Source of the DNA: an uncultured Erysipelotrichaceae bacterium
GTDB lineage: Bacteria > Bacillota_I > Bacilli_A > RF39 > UBA660
NCBI GenBank assembly: GCA_902788975.1
Contig: CADAMI010000002.1
Coordinates: 1 to 51,967 of the forward strand
Length of the DNA: 51,967 bases
Direction of reading: 5' to 3'
Below the pieces are notes generated by a model, which was not told the origin of the DNA, ran no database searches, and saw only the letters and a program-made list of their open reading frames with translations. Positions 8,835 through 19,063 of the stretch are shown here, in pieces (the stretch's first letter is position 1; every line of letters starts with the position of its first letter). The translations under genes and the position numbers were made by a program.

Positions 8835-11800
8835 TTGAATATGAAAAATAAAATTAAGATGTATATAATAGCAATATTTTTTGCAGTTTTGTTGATAGCT
8901 GGAGGAACGTTTGCTTTTTGGTCATTTACTAGTAATAATAAAAGCATTGTTTTTAATACAGCTTCAAATCTTAGAAAATATATAAATTATGATTCTGGTG
9001 AAAGCCATTTTTCTGGAACTCTTGTTGTCGGTGAAAACTATTCATATGGAATTCATTCAACAATTTCTGTATCCAAAAGTGAAGCAGCAAGTAATGTTAC
9101 TTTAATGGGCACTATTTATATGGATATTAATGAAATTGGCGAAAATATGCGTAATAGTAGTGCTTTAAAGTGGGCTTTGACAAGTGGAGATAGTACTAAT
9201 GTTGGAGCTTTGTTAGCGGAAGGTAATTTTATTGGCGCTCCGGTTGGCGATAGTTTAATACTACTTCCTTCATTTGAAGTTACAACTACAGTACAACAGT
9301 TTACAGTATGGATTTGGTTAGATCAGTCAGAACATCCAAGTGAAGCTTTATCAGGCGAAACACTTGATACGAATGTCTGGGTTGAAATTAATCAAGTTGA
9401 AGGTACTACAGAAGACTTTATTGTTACACAAATAAATGCTAATTATCAAATTATAACAGCAACTGCTGTTAATAATAGACATAATATTGATGGCTACAAA
9501 GTAACTACTAGTGCAGAAGAACCAAGTAGTTGGGAGCCAGTTGCCAGTCCATCAAGAATTTATAATATGCCTGAATATTCAGATACTCAAGTGGGACAAA
9601 CTTATTATGTTTGGTTTAAAGATACAGAAGGACATAAGGTTTATGAACCTATAGAAATAACTCAAAGTGATACAACAAGGCCATCATGTACATGGGGAAC
9701 ATTTAATTCAAATAGTATTGGTAATGGTGATACGGCAACAATATCATTAACATGTACTGATAGTGGCTCTGGAATAGTTAATAGTAATATAACAACAAGC
9801 AATATTACAACAACAAATGAAAAAATACAAGTTACTAATATTTCTAAAGAGGCTACAACTGGAGGATATATATATACAATAACTGTTACTGGTATTAGCG
9901 ATGTTGATGGTGTAGACAACTTAATATTAGCGGCTGATTCTGTAAAAGATGGCACTAAAAATGGCAATTTGTCAGAGACATCAGGAAATATAACAATTTC
10001 TAATGCTAGCGTAATTACAATAAATGCGGGTAATGGTATTTCTTCAATCACTGGAAATGGTTTAACGTATGATAGTAATACTGGAAAGGCAACTGGTACA
10101 TTTAATAATGGCAATACAATTGATTTGAGTTCACTAACAATTACTTATAAAAATGGATATAGTGGTACAAGTTATACTAAAGCAAGCGGGGAAGGTACTT
10201 TATCTGGCTCAACGTTTATCGTAGGAAGCGGAGCTGGAATTGTAACTATCGATGCAACCACGCTTGCTACACCACTATGTACACTTGGACTGGCTTCTTC
10301 TGTACATATTTATAATCAAAGCGATACAATTGTTCAAGCCAATAAAAATAATGCCTATGATAGTGGTGTTACTAAAACGTATGAATTTGGATATACTTCT
10401 AGTAGTACGGGGATATTGGGTAACTTTGAATCACCAAATGTAAATTCTAGCTTTTATTATGCGTATGGCGTTTCTAAGACACTGTATAGAGGAACAAGAT
10501 ACTACGGAGTAAGAGTAACCGTAACTGGTGATGGTGGACTTACTGCCACTTGTACAACACCTAGTGGATCATATGAAGAAGTTACATTCGTTAATGCAAG
10601 AATAGATTTTGATGCAGCAACGAATGAAGGAACTTTATTGGGAACAAGCCCTTTATATGTAAGTTATGATGCATCTAGTATATATACTGGAAGAACAAAT
10701 GCAACGGCTGGTACAATCCCAATAGCATCAAAAACGGGATATACATTTAATGGATGGTATACTGATGCTAGTGGTGGTACTAAAGTAATTAATGCTGATG
10801 GTACACTAGTTGCTTCTGTATCCGATTGGATAAATGAAAATGGTAATTGGATTCTTATTAATGATAGTGATGCAGTGAATACTAATAGATTATATGCGCA
10901 ATTTACTCCTCAATCATATACAGCGACTTTCTATTATCAAAGCGATACAACAAGCGGAAGTACAAAAGTTTCAAGTACGACTGTTTCATGTACAGTATCT
11001 AATACAGCAGGTAATTGTGATGTGACTATTCCAAGTACAGTAAAATCTAGTGTAGGTACTTATAATAATGCTTATGCTGGATTAAGTGAAAGTACTGGTA
11101 ATATGACAGAGGCTGTTGCATCATCTGATACGACAATTACTTTAAGTGCTAGCAAGACATACTATTGCATATATAGAACAGTAGTAACAGTTTACGAGCC
11201 AACAAGTACAACGGTTGCTGAAGCAAGGACTTATTATCGTAATCAATGGTTTACAAGTACTTCAGCATTAGCTACAACTGTTCTTTCTGATTCTCAAACA
11301 GGCACTAGTAATTGGGAATTCGTTTCAAATGTAAGTACGTATCCAGTTTTGGGAGGATATAATACTACTAAGGCTAATTCAACCACTATTAATTATTCAA
11401 CAGTTGCTTATTTAGCTGCTTCAAATAAGACTGTAGCATATCAGATATTAAGGGGTAATATAATAACTGCAACATATTATTATAATAGTAGTACTGCCGG
11501 CGATGGAACTATTATAATATCAACTGCAACTGCAGAATCGAGAAAACGTTTATATTGTACATCAAAAACTACGGCCGATACTTTTAATTCAACCTTTACA
11601 ATACCTGCTGTTGTTACAAGTAGTAAGGGTCCATATGGACAGGATTATCTTGGCACAGCAAGTGCGGTAAATAAAATTTCTCATTATAATAATACGGCCT
11701 CAACAACATATTATACTTATTATCAAAGCGAAGTAGCTAATAATTATTATAATGGTAGTGAGTATGCTGATAGAACTTTATATAGAACTTCAGTATTTAC

Positions 11801-13934
11801 TTCAAAAACGGCAATGAAGACAGTATTATCGACTTCTGCTACTGGATTAACTAATTATACTGGAGAAGCAGGACCTGGTAGTAGTGAATGGGCAGGATTA
11901 TCAACTGCACAGGATACGACAGCTGAATATGCTACGGTGGCTGCGGCAGCGACTTCAACTTCTGCTTCTTTATATACAATATATCAATTTAATGTCTCTT
12001 ATTTGACTGGATCTAATGTAAGTTCAGTTGGGGCAGCTAGTGGTAATTGTAAGGTAACGGCAAGCGATACTAGTTGTGCAGTAACATTACCAAGTATAAC
12101 TCCAAGTACTGGATATGCATCAGCTGGTTGGAATACGACAAATGGTGCAACAACTGGTACAGCAGCTGGTGGTAGTTATTCATTAGAAGCTAATAGTATA
12201 ACTTTATATGCAAATGCTATAAGTAATACATATACAATTACATTAGATAATCAGAGTGCTACAACAGCTGGGACTGGTACAATATATGAGAAATATGCTA
12301 GTGGTGTATGTTTGGATAGTAGTTGTACAACAGTTATGACTACAAGTACTAATCCAATAACAGTGCCAGAAAAAACGGGTTATACATTTGATGGATATTA
12401 TGATGGTACGACACAAATGATTGATGCTGATGGTCATATTACATCTTCATTTACTAGTAGCTCATTTAGTGCTAACAGTACATTGATTGCTCATTGGATA
12501 GATGATATTTCACCTACTGGTACTTTAGTTGCTACATTAAATGGTAGTGTAATTGAGGCTTCATTAACTGCTAGTGACTCTGGATCTGGATTGAAAACGA
12601 CAAATACTTACGGATGGTTTGTTTCGACCTCTTCAACTTGCGATCCATCAGTTGATGGAAATTTTAATGAGACAAGCAATAGTACATATAGTTTTTCTAT
12701 AACTTCAAATGGGTTATATTATGTGTGTGCTAGAGTTGTTGATAATGCCGGTAATAAAGCTTATTTTTCAACATCTGTTGAAAAGGCTGGCATTAGTACT
12801 TCTGATGTTTCATATTCTGGTACTTGGAGTGATGTCATTGAGGAGGATAGTGAAAATTGGTATGCTAAAATAACAGGCTCTGGAACTTTAACGTTGTTAT
12901 CTGCAGGAGATATTGAAGTCTTCTTAGTTGGTGGTGGTGCTAGCGGTGGTGCTGGTCAACAAAGTGATTATGCTGGCGGTGGTGGTGGTGGCTCTGGAGG
13001 AGCTATTGCTACTGGAACTATCTCTGTAACAGCTACAACATATAATCTGGTTATTGGCGATGGCGGAACTTATTATAACAATGGAAATGACACCACTGGT
13101 TTTGGTTTGACTGCTGCAGGTGGTGGCAAGGGTGGTCATTCTTCTCCTTCATATAGTGATGTTAATAGTGGTGGAACTGGTGGTACGATTACTAATGGTG
13201 CAAGTGGTGGAAAAGGTTCATCTATTAATAAGTATTCAAAATATTATTCTTCCGTTGCAGGTAATGATGGTACGATAGCATTTTCTGATATTAAATATGG
13301 ACAATATGGCGGCGGAGGCGGCGGTGGTTCTTCCATAACCAGTGGTTATATTACAGGATTTTATGGAACACGTGATTCTGGTGCTAATGCTCCTGGTGGT
13401 GCTGGTGGCGGTGGTACCGGTGGCGATAAACAAGGTGCAGGTGTTGCTGGAACTGCTAATACAGGCGGCGGCGGTGGCGGCGGAGGATCTGGCCAGGCCG
13501 GCGGTGCTGGTGGCTCTGGAATTATTATTATTCGTAATGCAAGAGATGGTTCTTCTGGCAGCAGTTCTTCAAGTAGCACTTCTTCTTCTTCAAGTAGTGG
13601 ATCATCTAATAGTGGAACTACATTATATAGCAAGACGACAACGACATGTAATAGAAGTACTTATACGGCTACATCGGCTGGTTCTTATACTACTTTAGGT
13701 CAATGTCAAAGTGCCTGCACAAACGTAACTGGTGGTACTTGTGTAAGTGTTGGATCGGGTTATTCATGTTATGGATGCCAAAATGGTGGATATTTGAGTG
13801 GCACACAGTGTGTAGTCCACAGTACTTACTCATTGACAGAACAAACTAGCAGCTGTGATGCACAATACGAATTTTATTCATGTACCTCTGGTTATGCTGG
13901 TAAGACAAACATTGAATGTACACCTCTTAATTAA
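8835..13934 (+). CDS. Large secreted/surface protein: SipW-type signal, TasA-like N-domain, InlB B-type repeats, glycine-rich domain, Cys-rich tip
   Basis: Signal ending AGGTFAFW; two KTGYTF[ND]G[WY]Y repeats; VFLVGGGASGG...GGSGIIIIR glycine-rich domain; Ser linker and Cys-rich C-terminus; Thr/Ser rich. Confidence 0.85.
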   Translation: MNMKNKIKMYIIAIFFAVLLIAGGTFAFWSFTSNNKSIVFNTASNLRKYINYDSGESHFSGTLVVGENYSYGIHSTISVSKSEAASNVTLMGTIYMDINEIGENMRNSSALKWALTSGDSTNVGALLAEGNFIGAPVGDSLILLPSFEVTTTVQQFTVWIWLDQSEHPSEALSGETLDTNVWVEINQVEGTTEDFIVTQINANYQIITATAVNNRHNIDGYKVTTSAEEPSSWEPVASPSRIYNMPEYSDTQVGQTYYVWFKDTEGHKVYEPIEITQSDTTRPSCTWGTFNSNSIGNGDTATISLTCTDSGSGIVNSNITTSNITTTNEKIQVTNISKEATTGGYIYTITVTGISDVDGVDNLILAADSVKDGTKNGNLSETSGNITISNASVITINAGNGISSITGNGLTYDSNTGKATGTFNNGNTIDLSSLTITYKNGYSGTSYTKASGEGTLSGSTFIVGSGAGIVTIDATTLATPLCTLGLASSVHIYNQSDTIVQANKNNAYDSGVTKTYEFGYTSSSTGILGNFESPNVNSSFYYAYGVSKTLYRGTRYYGVRVTVTGDGGLTATCTTPSGSYEEVTFVNARIDFDAATNEGTLLGTSPLYVSYDASSIYTGRTNATAGTIPIASKTGYTFNGWYTDASGGTKVINADGTLVASVSDWINENGNWILINDSDAVNTNRLYAQFTPQSYTATFYYQSDTTSGSTKVSSTTVSCTVSNTAGNCDVTIPSTVKSSVGTYNNAYAGLSESTGNMTEAVASSDTTITLSASKTYYCIYRTVVTVYEPTSTTVAEARTYYRNQWFTSTSALATTVLSDSQTGTSNWEFVSNVSTYPVLGGYNTTKANSTTINYSTVAYLAASNKTVAYQILRGNIITATYYYNSSTAGDGTIIISTATAESRKRLYCTSKTTADTFNSTFTIPAVVTSSKGPYGQDYLGTASAVNKISHYNNTASTTYYTYYQSEVANNYYNGSEYADRTLYRTSVFTSKTAMKTVLSTSATGLTNYTGEAGPGSSEWAGLSTAQDTTAEYATVAAAATSTSASLYTIYQFNVSYLTGSNVSSVGAASGNCKVTASDTSCAVTLPSITPSTGYASAGWNTTNGATTGTAAGGSYSLEANSITLYANAISNTYTITLDNQSATTAGTGTIYEKYASGVCLDSSCTTVMTTSTNPITVPEKTGYTFDGYYDGTTQMIDADGHITSSFTSSSFSANSTLIAHWIDDISPTGTLVATLNGSVIEASLTASDSGSGLKTTNTYGWFVSTSSTCDPSVDGNFNETSNSTYSFSITSNGLYYVCARVVDNAGNKAYFSTSVEKAGISTSDVSYSGTWSDVIEEDSENWYAKITGSGTLTLLSAGDIEVFLVGGGASGGAGQQSDYAGGGGGGSGGAIATGTISVTATTYNLVIGDGGTYYNNGNDTTGFGLTAAGGGKGGHSSPSYSDVNSGGTGGTITNGASGGKGSSINKYSKYYSSVAGNDGTIAFSDIKYGQYGGGGGGGSSITSGYITGFYGTRDSGANAPGGAGGGGTGGDKQGAGVAGTANTGGGGGGGGSGQAGGAGGSGIIIIRNARDGSSGSSSSSSTSSSSSSGSSNSGTTLYSKTTTTCNRSTYTATSAGSYTTLGQCQSACTNVTGGTCVSVGSGYSCYGCQNGGYLSGTQCVVHSTYSLTEQTSSCDAQYEFYSCTSGYAGKTNIECTPLN

Positions 13935-14030
13935 TAATTAAAAAGACTTTGAGTAAAAAAATACTCAAGTTTTTTTAATTATACTTTAAAAAAAAAGATA
14001 ATTATTATATAATATATGTAAGGTGATTGT

Positions 14031-14411
14031 ATGAATGATAAAGGTTTTACTTTAATTGAATTATTGGTTACAATTTCTTTATTGGCTATAATATCGTTAA
14101 TATCTTTTGTATCGATTAATAAAGTTATTCAACAAAGCAGAATTAATGATTGTGAGACATTGGTTAATAGTATTAAAATGGCTACAAGCGAATATATTAG
14201 TGATAATAGGTATAGAAATTTAGATATTAATAATTTTACAGCTAAAAAATTAATAGATGGAAAGTATTTATCTAGTCCAATAATTAATCCATTTACAAAA
14301 GAAGAAATTAATTCAGAATCTATTTTGATAAGTATTGAACTTAATAGTGATTATACGTTAAAAACTGCTACAATTAGTGAACCAGCCGTTTTAACAAATT
14401 GTGAAGGGTAA
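14031..14411 (+). CDS. Type IV prepilin-like protein
   Basis: MNDKG-FTLIELL class III signal followed by hydrophobic helix. Confidence 0.88.
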   Translation: MNDKGFTLIELLVTISLLAIISLISFVSINKVIQQSRINDCETLVNSIKMATSEYISDNRYRNLDINNFTAKKLIDGKYLSSPIINPFTKEEINSESILISIELNSDYTLKTATISEPAVLTNCEG

Positions 14412-14493
14412 TAAAATATAATATGATATATAATAAATTCTTGTGAATAAATTTATATTATGATAAAATATTATTATGGAGATAGGTGAATAT

Positions 14494-14700
14494 ATGGATA
14501 AAGATGAAATTAAACAAATTATTAAAGAAATAAGTAATAGTATGTCTAAAAAAGGATATGATCCAGTTAATCAAATAGTAGGGTACCTTATTAGTAATGA
14601 TTTAGGGTATATTCCTGATTTTGATGATAATCGTAATAAGATTGCAACATTAGATAGAACACTTATGTTAGAAAGTATGCTTCAGGATTATTTAAAATGA
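14494..14700 (+). CDS. ireB: IreB/ReoM family regulatory protein (DUF965)
   Basis: KGYDPVNQIVGYLISND.GYIP motif; position before ruvX; start chosen from RBS AGGTGA. Confidence 0.88.
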   Translation: MDKDEIKQIIKEISNSMSKKGYDPVNQIVGYLISNDLGYIPDFDDNRNKIATLDRTLMLESMLQDYLK

Positions 14701-15113
14701 GATGTTTGGGTTTAGATTTAGGAAGTAAAACTTTAGGAATATCAATTAGTGATAGAACTAATACTATTGCTTCAGTATATACGACATTATATTTTAAAAA
14801 TGAGGATTATCATAGTTTAATTTTATCACTTAAGGAAATAATAGAAAAAGAAGAAATAGATACTTTAGTTTTAGGCTTACCTAAGAATATGAATAATACT
14901 TTAGGAGAAAGGGCTATAATAACTTTAGAATTTAAAGATATGTTAGAAAAAGAATTTAGTATTCCAGTAATTATGGAAGATGAGAGACTTACATCAGTTA
15001 TATCAAATAATGTTTTGATTGAGGCTGATATTTCGAGAAAGAAAAGGAAGAAAAAAGTGGATGGAATGGCTGCAGTAATTATTCTTCAGGGATATTTAGA
15101 TAGGAATAGGTAG
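14697..15113 (+). CDS. ruvX: RuvX/YqgF pre-16S rRNA nuclease
   Basis: LGLDLGSKTLG, GLPKNM, DERLTS, VD..AA.IILQ.YL. Confidence 0.95.
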   Translation: MRCLGLDLGSKTLGISISDRTNTIASVYTTLYFKNEDYHSLILSLKEIIEKEEIDTLVLGLPKNMNNTLGERAIITLEFKDMLEKEFSIPVIMEDERLTSVISNNVLIEADISRKKRKKKVDGMAAVIILQGYLDRNR

Positions 15114-15120
15114 GGATAAT

Positions 15121-15399
15121 ATGAAAGATAAACAGAAATTTATAGTAGTAGATGAAAAAGGAAAAGAAATAGAGTGTGAACCATTATTTACTTTTGAGTC
15201 GGAAGAAACTAATAAGCAATATGTAGTATATACAGATAATACTAAAGATAAGAATGGTAATATAAGAGTTTTTGCATCAATATATGAAGTAACTGATAAG
15301 GGAAATAAATTATTGCCTATAAAGAGTGATAAAGAATGGAAAGTAATTGAAATGATCCTTGAATCAATTAAAGAAGAAACAAAAAAAGCTGAGGAGTAG
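15121..15399 (+). CDS. DUF1292 family protein
   Basis: DEKGKE...LFTFESEE..K.YVVY...PI.SD.EW; synteny with ruvX-mltG. Confidence 0.85.
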   Translation: MKDKQKFIVVDEKGKEIECEPLFTFESEETNKQYVVYTDNTKDKNGNIRVFASIYEVTDKGNKLLPIKSDKEWKVIEMILESIKEETKKAEE

Positions 15400-15405
15400 T
15401 TGGTA

Positions 15406-16491
15406 ATGAAGAAGTATAAGATAATCGTATTAATTCTTACGATAATACTTGCAGGAATTTTCCTTGTGGCTTTTTTATATAATTATAGTATATCAGCAGT
15501 ATCTAAAAATAATGAGCCGGTAGTTGTTGAGATAAAAGAAGGAAGTATCTACTCAATTGGAGATACATTGTATGAAAATAAACTTATTAGAAATACATTA
15601 ATATTTAAAATATATGTAAAATTAAATGGAGTTAAAGATTTAAAAGCTTCAACATACGAATTTAATCGTAATATGAAACTTAAGGAAATTATTTCAATGT
15701 TAGAAGAAGGTAATTCTTATAACCCAGATGAAGTAAGAATTACGTTTAAAGAAGGATTAAATGTTAGAAAGATTGCTAGGATTGTTGATGAAGAAACTAA
15801 TAATAGTTATGATGATTTTATAAATATAATGAGTGATACAGACTTTATTAATAGTTTAATTGATAAATATTGGTTTTTAACTGATAATATTAAGAATAGT
15901 AAAATATATTATCCGCTTGAAGGATATTTATTCCCTAATACATATGCTTTTTTAAATAAAGATGTTAGTGTAAAAGAAATTGTTATAACAATGTTAGATG
16001 AAACTAATAAACAATTAGAACCATATAAAAGTAAGATTGAAGAATTTACAAAAGATGGAGTGGTTGATAGCGTCCATAAATTTATGACATTAGCTTCAAT
16101 TGTTGAACTCGAGGGAGCTAGTGCTAATGATAGGGCAAGTGTGGCTGGAGTATTTTATAATCGTATTAAAGAAGGCTGGGTACTTGGTAGCGATGTAACA
16201 ACATACTACTACTTAAAGATTGATGATTTTAAACAATCATTAAATGGCAATCCTAATTTATATACTTGTGATAATGCTTATAACACAAGATGTACTAGTT
16301 TTGTTGGATTACCAGTTGGTCCAATATCTAATCCTGGCAAGGAATCAATTGAAGCAACAGCTAATTATACGAAACATAATTATTATTACTTTGTAGCTGA
16401 TTGTAAAGGAAAAACTTATTTAAGCAAAGATCCAACAGAGCATTATAATACAATACAAAGATTAAAAAATGAAGGTAATTGGTGTGTATAG
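15406..16491 (+). CDS. mltG: Endolytic transglycosylase MltG
   Basis: N-terminal TM, LEGYLFPNTY, LASIVELE, GLPVGPISNPG, YYFVAD. Confidence 0.95.
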   Translation: MKKYKIIVLILTIILAGIFLVAFLYNYSISAVSKNNEPVVVEIKEGSIYSIGDTLYENKLIRNTLIFKIYVKLNGVKDLKASTYEFNRNMKLKEIISMLEEGNSYNPDEVRITFKEGLNVRKIARIVDEETNNSYDDFINIMSDTDFINSLIDKYWFLTDNIKNSKIYYPLEGYLFPNTYAFLNKDVSVKEIVITMLDETNKQLEPYKSKIEEFTKDGVVDSVHKFMTLASIVELEGASANDRASVAGVFYNRIKEGWVLGSDVTTYYYLKIDDFKQSLNGNPNLYTCDNAYNTRCTSFVGLPVGPISNPGKESIEATANYTKHNYYYFVADCKGKTYLSKDPTEHYNTIQRLKNEGNWCV

Positions 16492-16776
16492 AGGTTACAA
16501 AAGTAATCTCTTTTTATATTATATAGTTTTATACAATTATTGTAAAATTAAAATAACTGCTATAATTATTTAATGATAAATAAATATAGTAGTTACTTAA
16601 TATATGTTGATTAGATTTTTTTGTAAATATGTAGATATTAATAATCTGTTATTTATTGGTATCTTTTTTTAATATTTTGTAGAATTTAAGAATTTTGTAT
16701 TTTGATTGACAAGATATATATTTCTGTTATTATGTCTATACATTGGGAAAATAATTAATAGAAATGGAGAGATATA

Positions 16777-17580
16777 ATGAATGAGATAATAAAAAGTATT
16801 AGTGTATTTGAGAATATTAAGCATATTGATGAATTTGGTAGTGAATATTGGAGCGCAAGGGAGTTAAGTAAAGTACTTGAATATAGTGAGTATAGAAAAT
16901 TTATGTCTGTAATTAAGAAAGCTATGGTTTCATGTAATACTAGTTTGCAAAATGTTAATTATCATTTCGCCCAATCGGACGGAATGATAGATTTAGGGAA
17001 AGGTGCTAAAAGAAAAGTAAGCAATTATAAATTAAGTCGTTATGCTTGCTATCTAATAGTTCAAAATGCAGATAGCAAAAAAGAAATTGTTGCGCTTGGT
17101 CAAACATACTTTGCTATACAAACGAGAAAACAAGAATTAAGAGAAAAACAATATGATGAACTTAGTGAAGATGAAAAAAGATTTTATAATCGCGAATTAA
17201 CTAAAAAAGGAAATTACTCATTAAATCAAACAGCTAGAAATGCGGGAGTCAGAAACTTTGATAAATTTCATAATTATGGATATAAGGGTTTATATAATGG
17301 AGAGACGGCTAATGATATTGCTAAAAGAAAAGGACTTAGATATCGTGAAGATATACTTGATAATATGGGAAGTGATGAATTAATTGCTAATTTGTTTAGA
17401 ATATCCCAAACGGATCAAAAGTTAAAAAATGAAAATGTTATTGGTGAAAATAAGGCTAATATAGTTCATTATAATATGGGGAAAGATATAAGAAAATTTA
17501 TAGCTGGTCAAGGTGGAAAGATGCCAGAAGAATTACCAACACCTGAAAAAAGTTTAAAGGAATTAGAAAAAAGATTATAA
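16777..17580 (+). CDS. dinD: DNA damage-inducible protein D-like (Bro-N related)
   Basis: EYWSAREL, LSRYACYLIVQNAD, GQTYFAIQTRKQE, DILDNMGSDELIANLFRI, MPEELPTP; own promoter TTGACA at 16706. Confidence 0.88.
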   Translation: MNEIIKSISVFENIKHIDEFGSEYWSARELSKVLEYSEYRKFMSVIKKAMVSCNTSLQNVNYHFAQSDGMIDLGKGAKRKVSNYKLSRYACYLIVQNADSKKEIVALGQTYFAIQTRKQELREKQYDELSEDEKRFYNRELTKKGNYSLNQTARNAGVRNFDKFHNYGYKGLYNGETANDIAKRKGLRYREDILDNMGSDELIANLFRISQTDQKLKNENVIGENKANIVHYNMGKDIRKFIAGQGGKMPEELPTPEKSLKELEKRL

Positions 17581-17659
17581 ATCGATTGATGATCAATAAT
17601 AATATCTAGTAAAAAGAGATAGTTTATGCTATAATTTAAGTGTTCTTGAGGTGATTAAT

Positions 17660-18232
17660 ATGTTTAAAGATATGGAAGAATATGCAAAAGAAAATAGAGT
17701 GCCTATTATGTTACCTGATGGTATTGATTATTTATGTAATTATATAAAAGAACATAATATAAAGAGAATATTAGAAATAGGTAGTGCTATTGGATATTCT
17801 GCTATACGTATGGCTTCAGTTAGCGATGATATACATATTGCTACTATTGAAAAAGATGAAGTTAGATATAATGAGGCTGTTAAAAATATTAATAAATATA
17901 ATTTAGTTGATAGAATTAATATTATTTTAGATGATGCTTTAAATACTGTAATAGGTGGAGAATTTGATTTAATATTTATCGATGCATCTAAAGGTAATAA
18001 TATTAATTTCTTTAAGAAATATAGTGCTAATTTAGCTAAGTATGGTATAATAATCACCGATAATTTATTTTTTCATGGTCTTGTTAATGATGAATCTTTG
18101 ATTCAGACAAAAAATCAAAGAGGAATAGTTAGAAAAATCAAAGAGTTTATTAAGTTTTTAGATACAAATGAAGATTTTGTTACGGAATATATATCTGTTG
18201 GTGATGGAATAGCAATAAGTAAAAGAAAATAA
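17660..18232 (+). CDS. trmR: O-methyltransferase YrrM/TrmR-like
   Basis: ILEIGSAIGYS, FDLIFIDA, GDG motif; synteny with mltG and U32 pair. Confidence 0.8.
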   Translation: MFKDMEEYAKENRVPIMLPDGIDYLCNYIKEHNIKRILEIGSAIGYSAIRMASVSDDIHIATIEKDEVRYNEAVKNINKYNLVDRINIILDDALNTVIGGEFDLIFIDASKGNNINFFKKYSANLAKYGIIITDNLFFHGLVNDESLIQTKNQRGIVRKIKEFIKFLDTNEDFVTEYISVGDGIAISKRK

Positions 18233-18239
18233 TTGTTTA

Positions 18240-19058
18240 ATGGTGGTTTTGGTGAAGATAATTAATGTTTATGATAAAAATAGTAATATTTTATGTCATG
18301 GTAAAAATGTATTTGATACGACAAAAAGATATTTATATAAATTTTCAAAAGAATATAGTGAATGCTATAACTATAATTTAGATGATTTATTATTATTTGA
18401 AGTTGACCGTATGACTGATGAGTCAATGTATGGTTACTATGATAGTGATGCTAATAAAATATTTTATATTGATAAAAACTCTTTAGGACATGAAATGTTT
18501 CATATGGCATCAAATGATATAGTAAATAATCAATATGCATTTGAGAGTAAGATGGATATTGAAACAGGTTTAATCGAAGGGATGACAGAGTATTTAGCAA
18601 TGAAGGCTTATGGACTTTCTAAACCTGAAAGTTATTTTTTTGAGGTTTTTTGTGTAACTATGCTTGAAGATATTCCTAATTTATTTAGACCATATTTTAT
18701 TCCTAATCATAAAGATTTTATTAATTTATTTCCTAACAGAAGAGATATTTATAGTTTGTTATATTCACTTAATGCTTATAATGATATTGAACTTGATTAT
18801 TTGGATTCAAAAAATAATGATAGTGATATTGCAATTGATCAAACGGTTTTAGTTGAGTCTATTCAAGATACCCTTAATAGTTTGATTACTATTGAATTAT
18901 CAGTAGAAAATGATCAAAAGAAATTAAAACTATATGGTAATAAATTTATGGATTACTTGAGTAGTGATTTTGTTAGACATATACTTAAAGATTTATATCC
19001 AGGATATTTAGGATATGCGGAAGAACTAGTAAAGAAAAAGATTAGAAAAAAGAGGTAA
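18240..19058 (+). CDS. Hypothetical HExxH metallopeptidase-like protein
   Basis: GHEMFH followed by EGMTEY (zincin-like third ligand); basic C-terminal tail. Confidence 0.6.
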   Translation: MVVLVKIINVYDKNSNILCHGKNVFDTTKRYLYKFSKEYSECYNYNLDDLLLFEVDRMTDESMYGYYDSDANKIFYIDKNSLGHEMFHMASNDIVNNQYAFESKMDIETGLIEGMTEYLAMKAYGLSKPESYFFEVFCVTMLEDIPNLFRPYFIPNHKDFINLFPNRRDIYSLLYSLNAYNDIELDYLDSKNNDSDIAIDQTVLVESIQDTLNSLITIELSVENDQKKLKLYGNKFMDYLSSDFVRHILKDLYPGYLGYAEELVKKKIRKKR

Positions 19059-19063
19059 TAATT

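Noticed and set aside
13361-13633. Pro-rich minus-strand ORF and other short ORFs inside the 1699-aa gene
   Set aside because: Shadow frames of the Gly/Ser-rich coding strand.
16520-16700. Palindromes and possible ncRNA upstream of dinD
   Set aside because: Extremely AT-rich; short dyads such as TACAAT-T-ATTGTA are expected by chance, and no copy of the repeated element or SOS box was seen.
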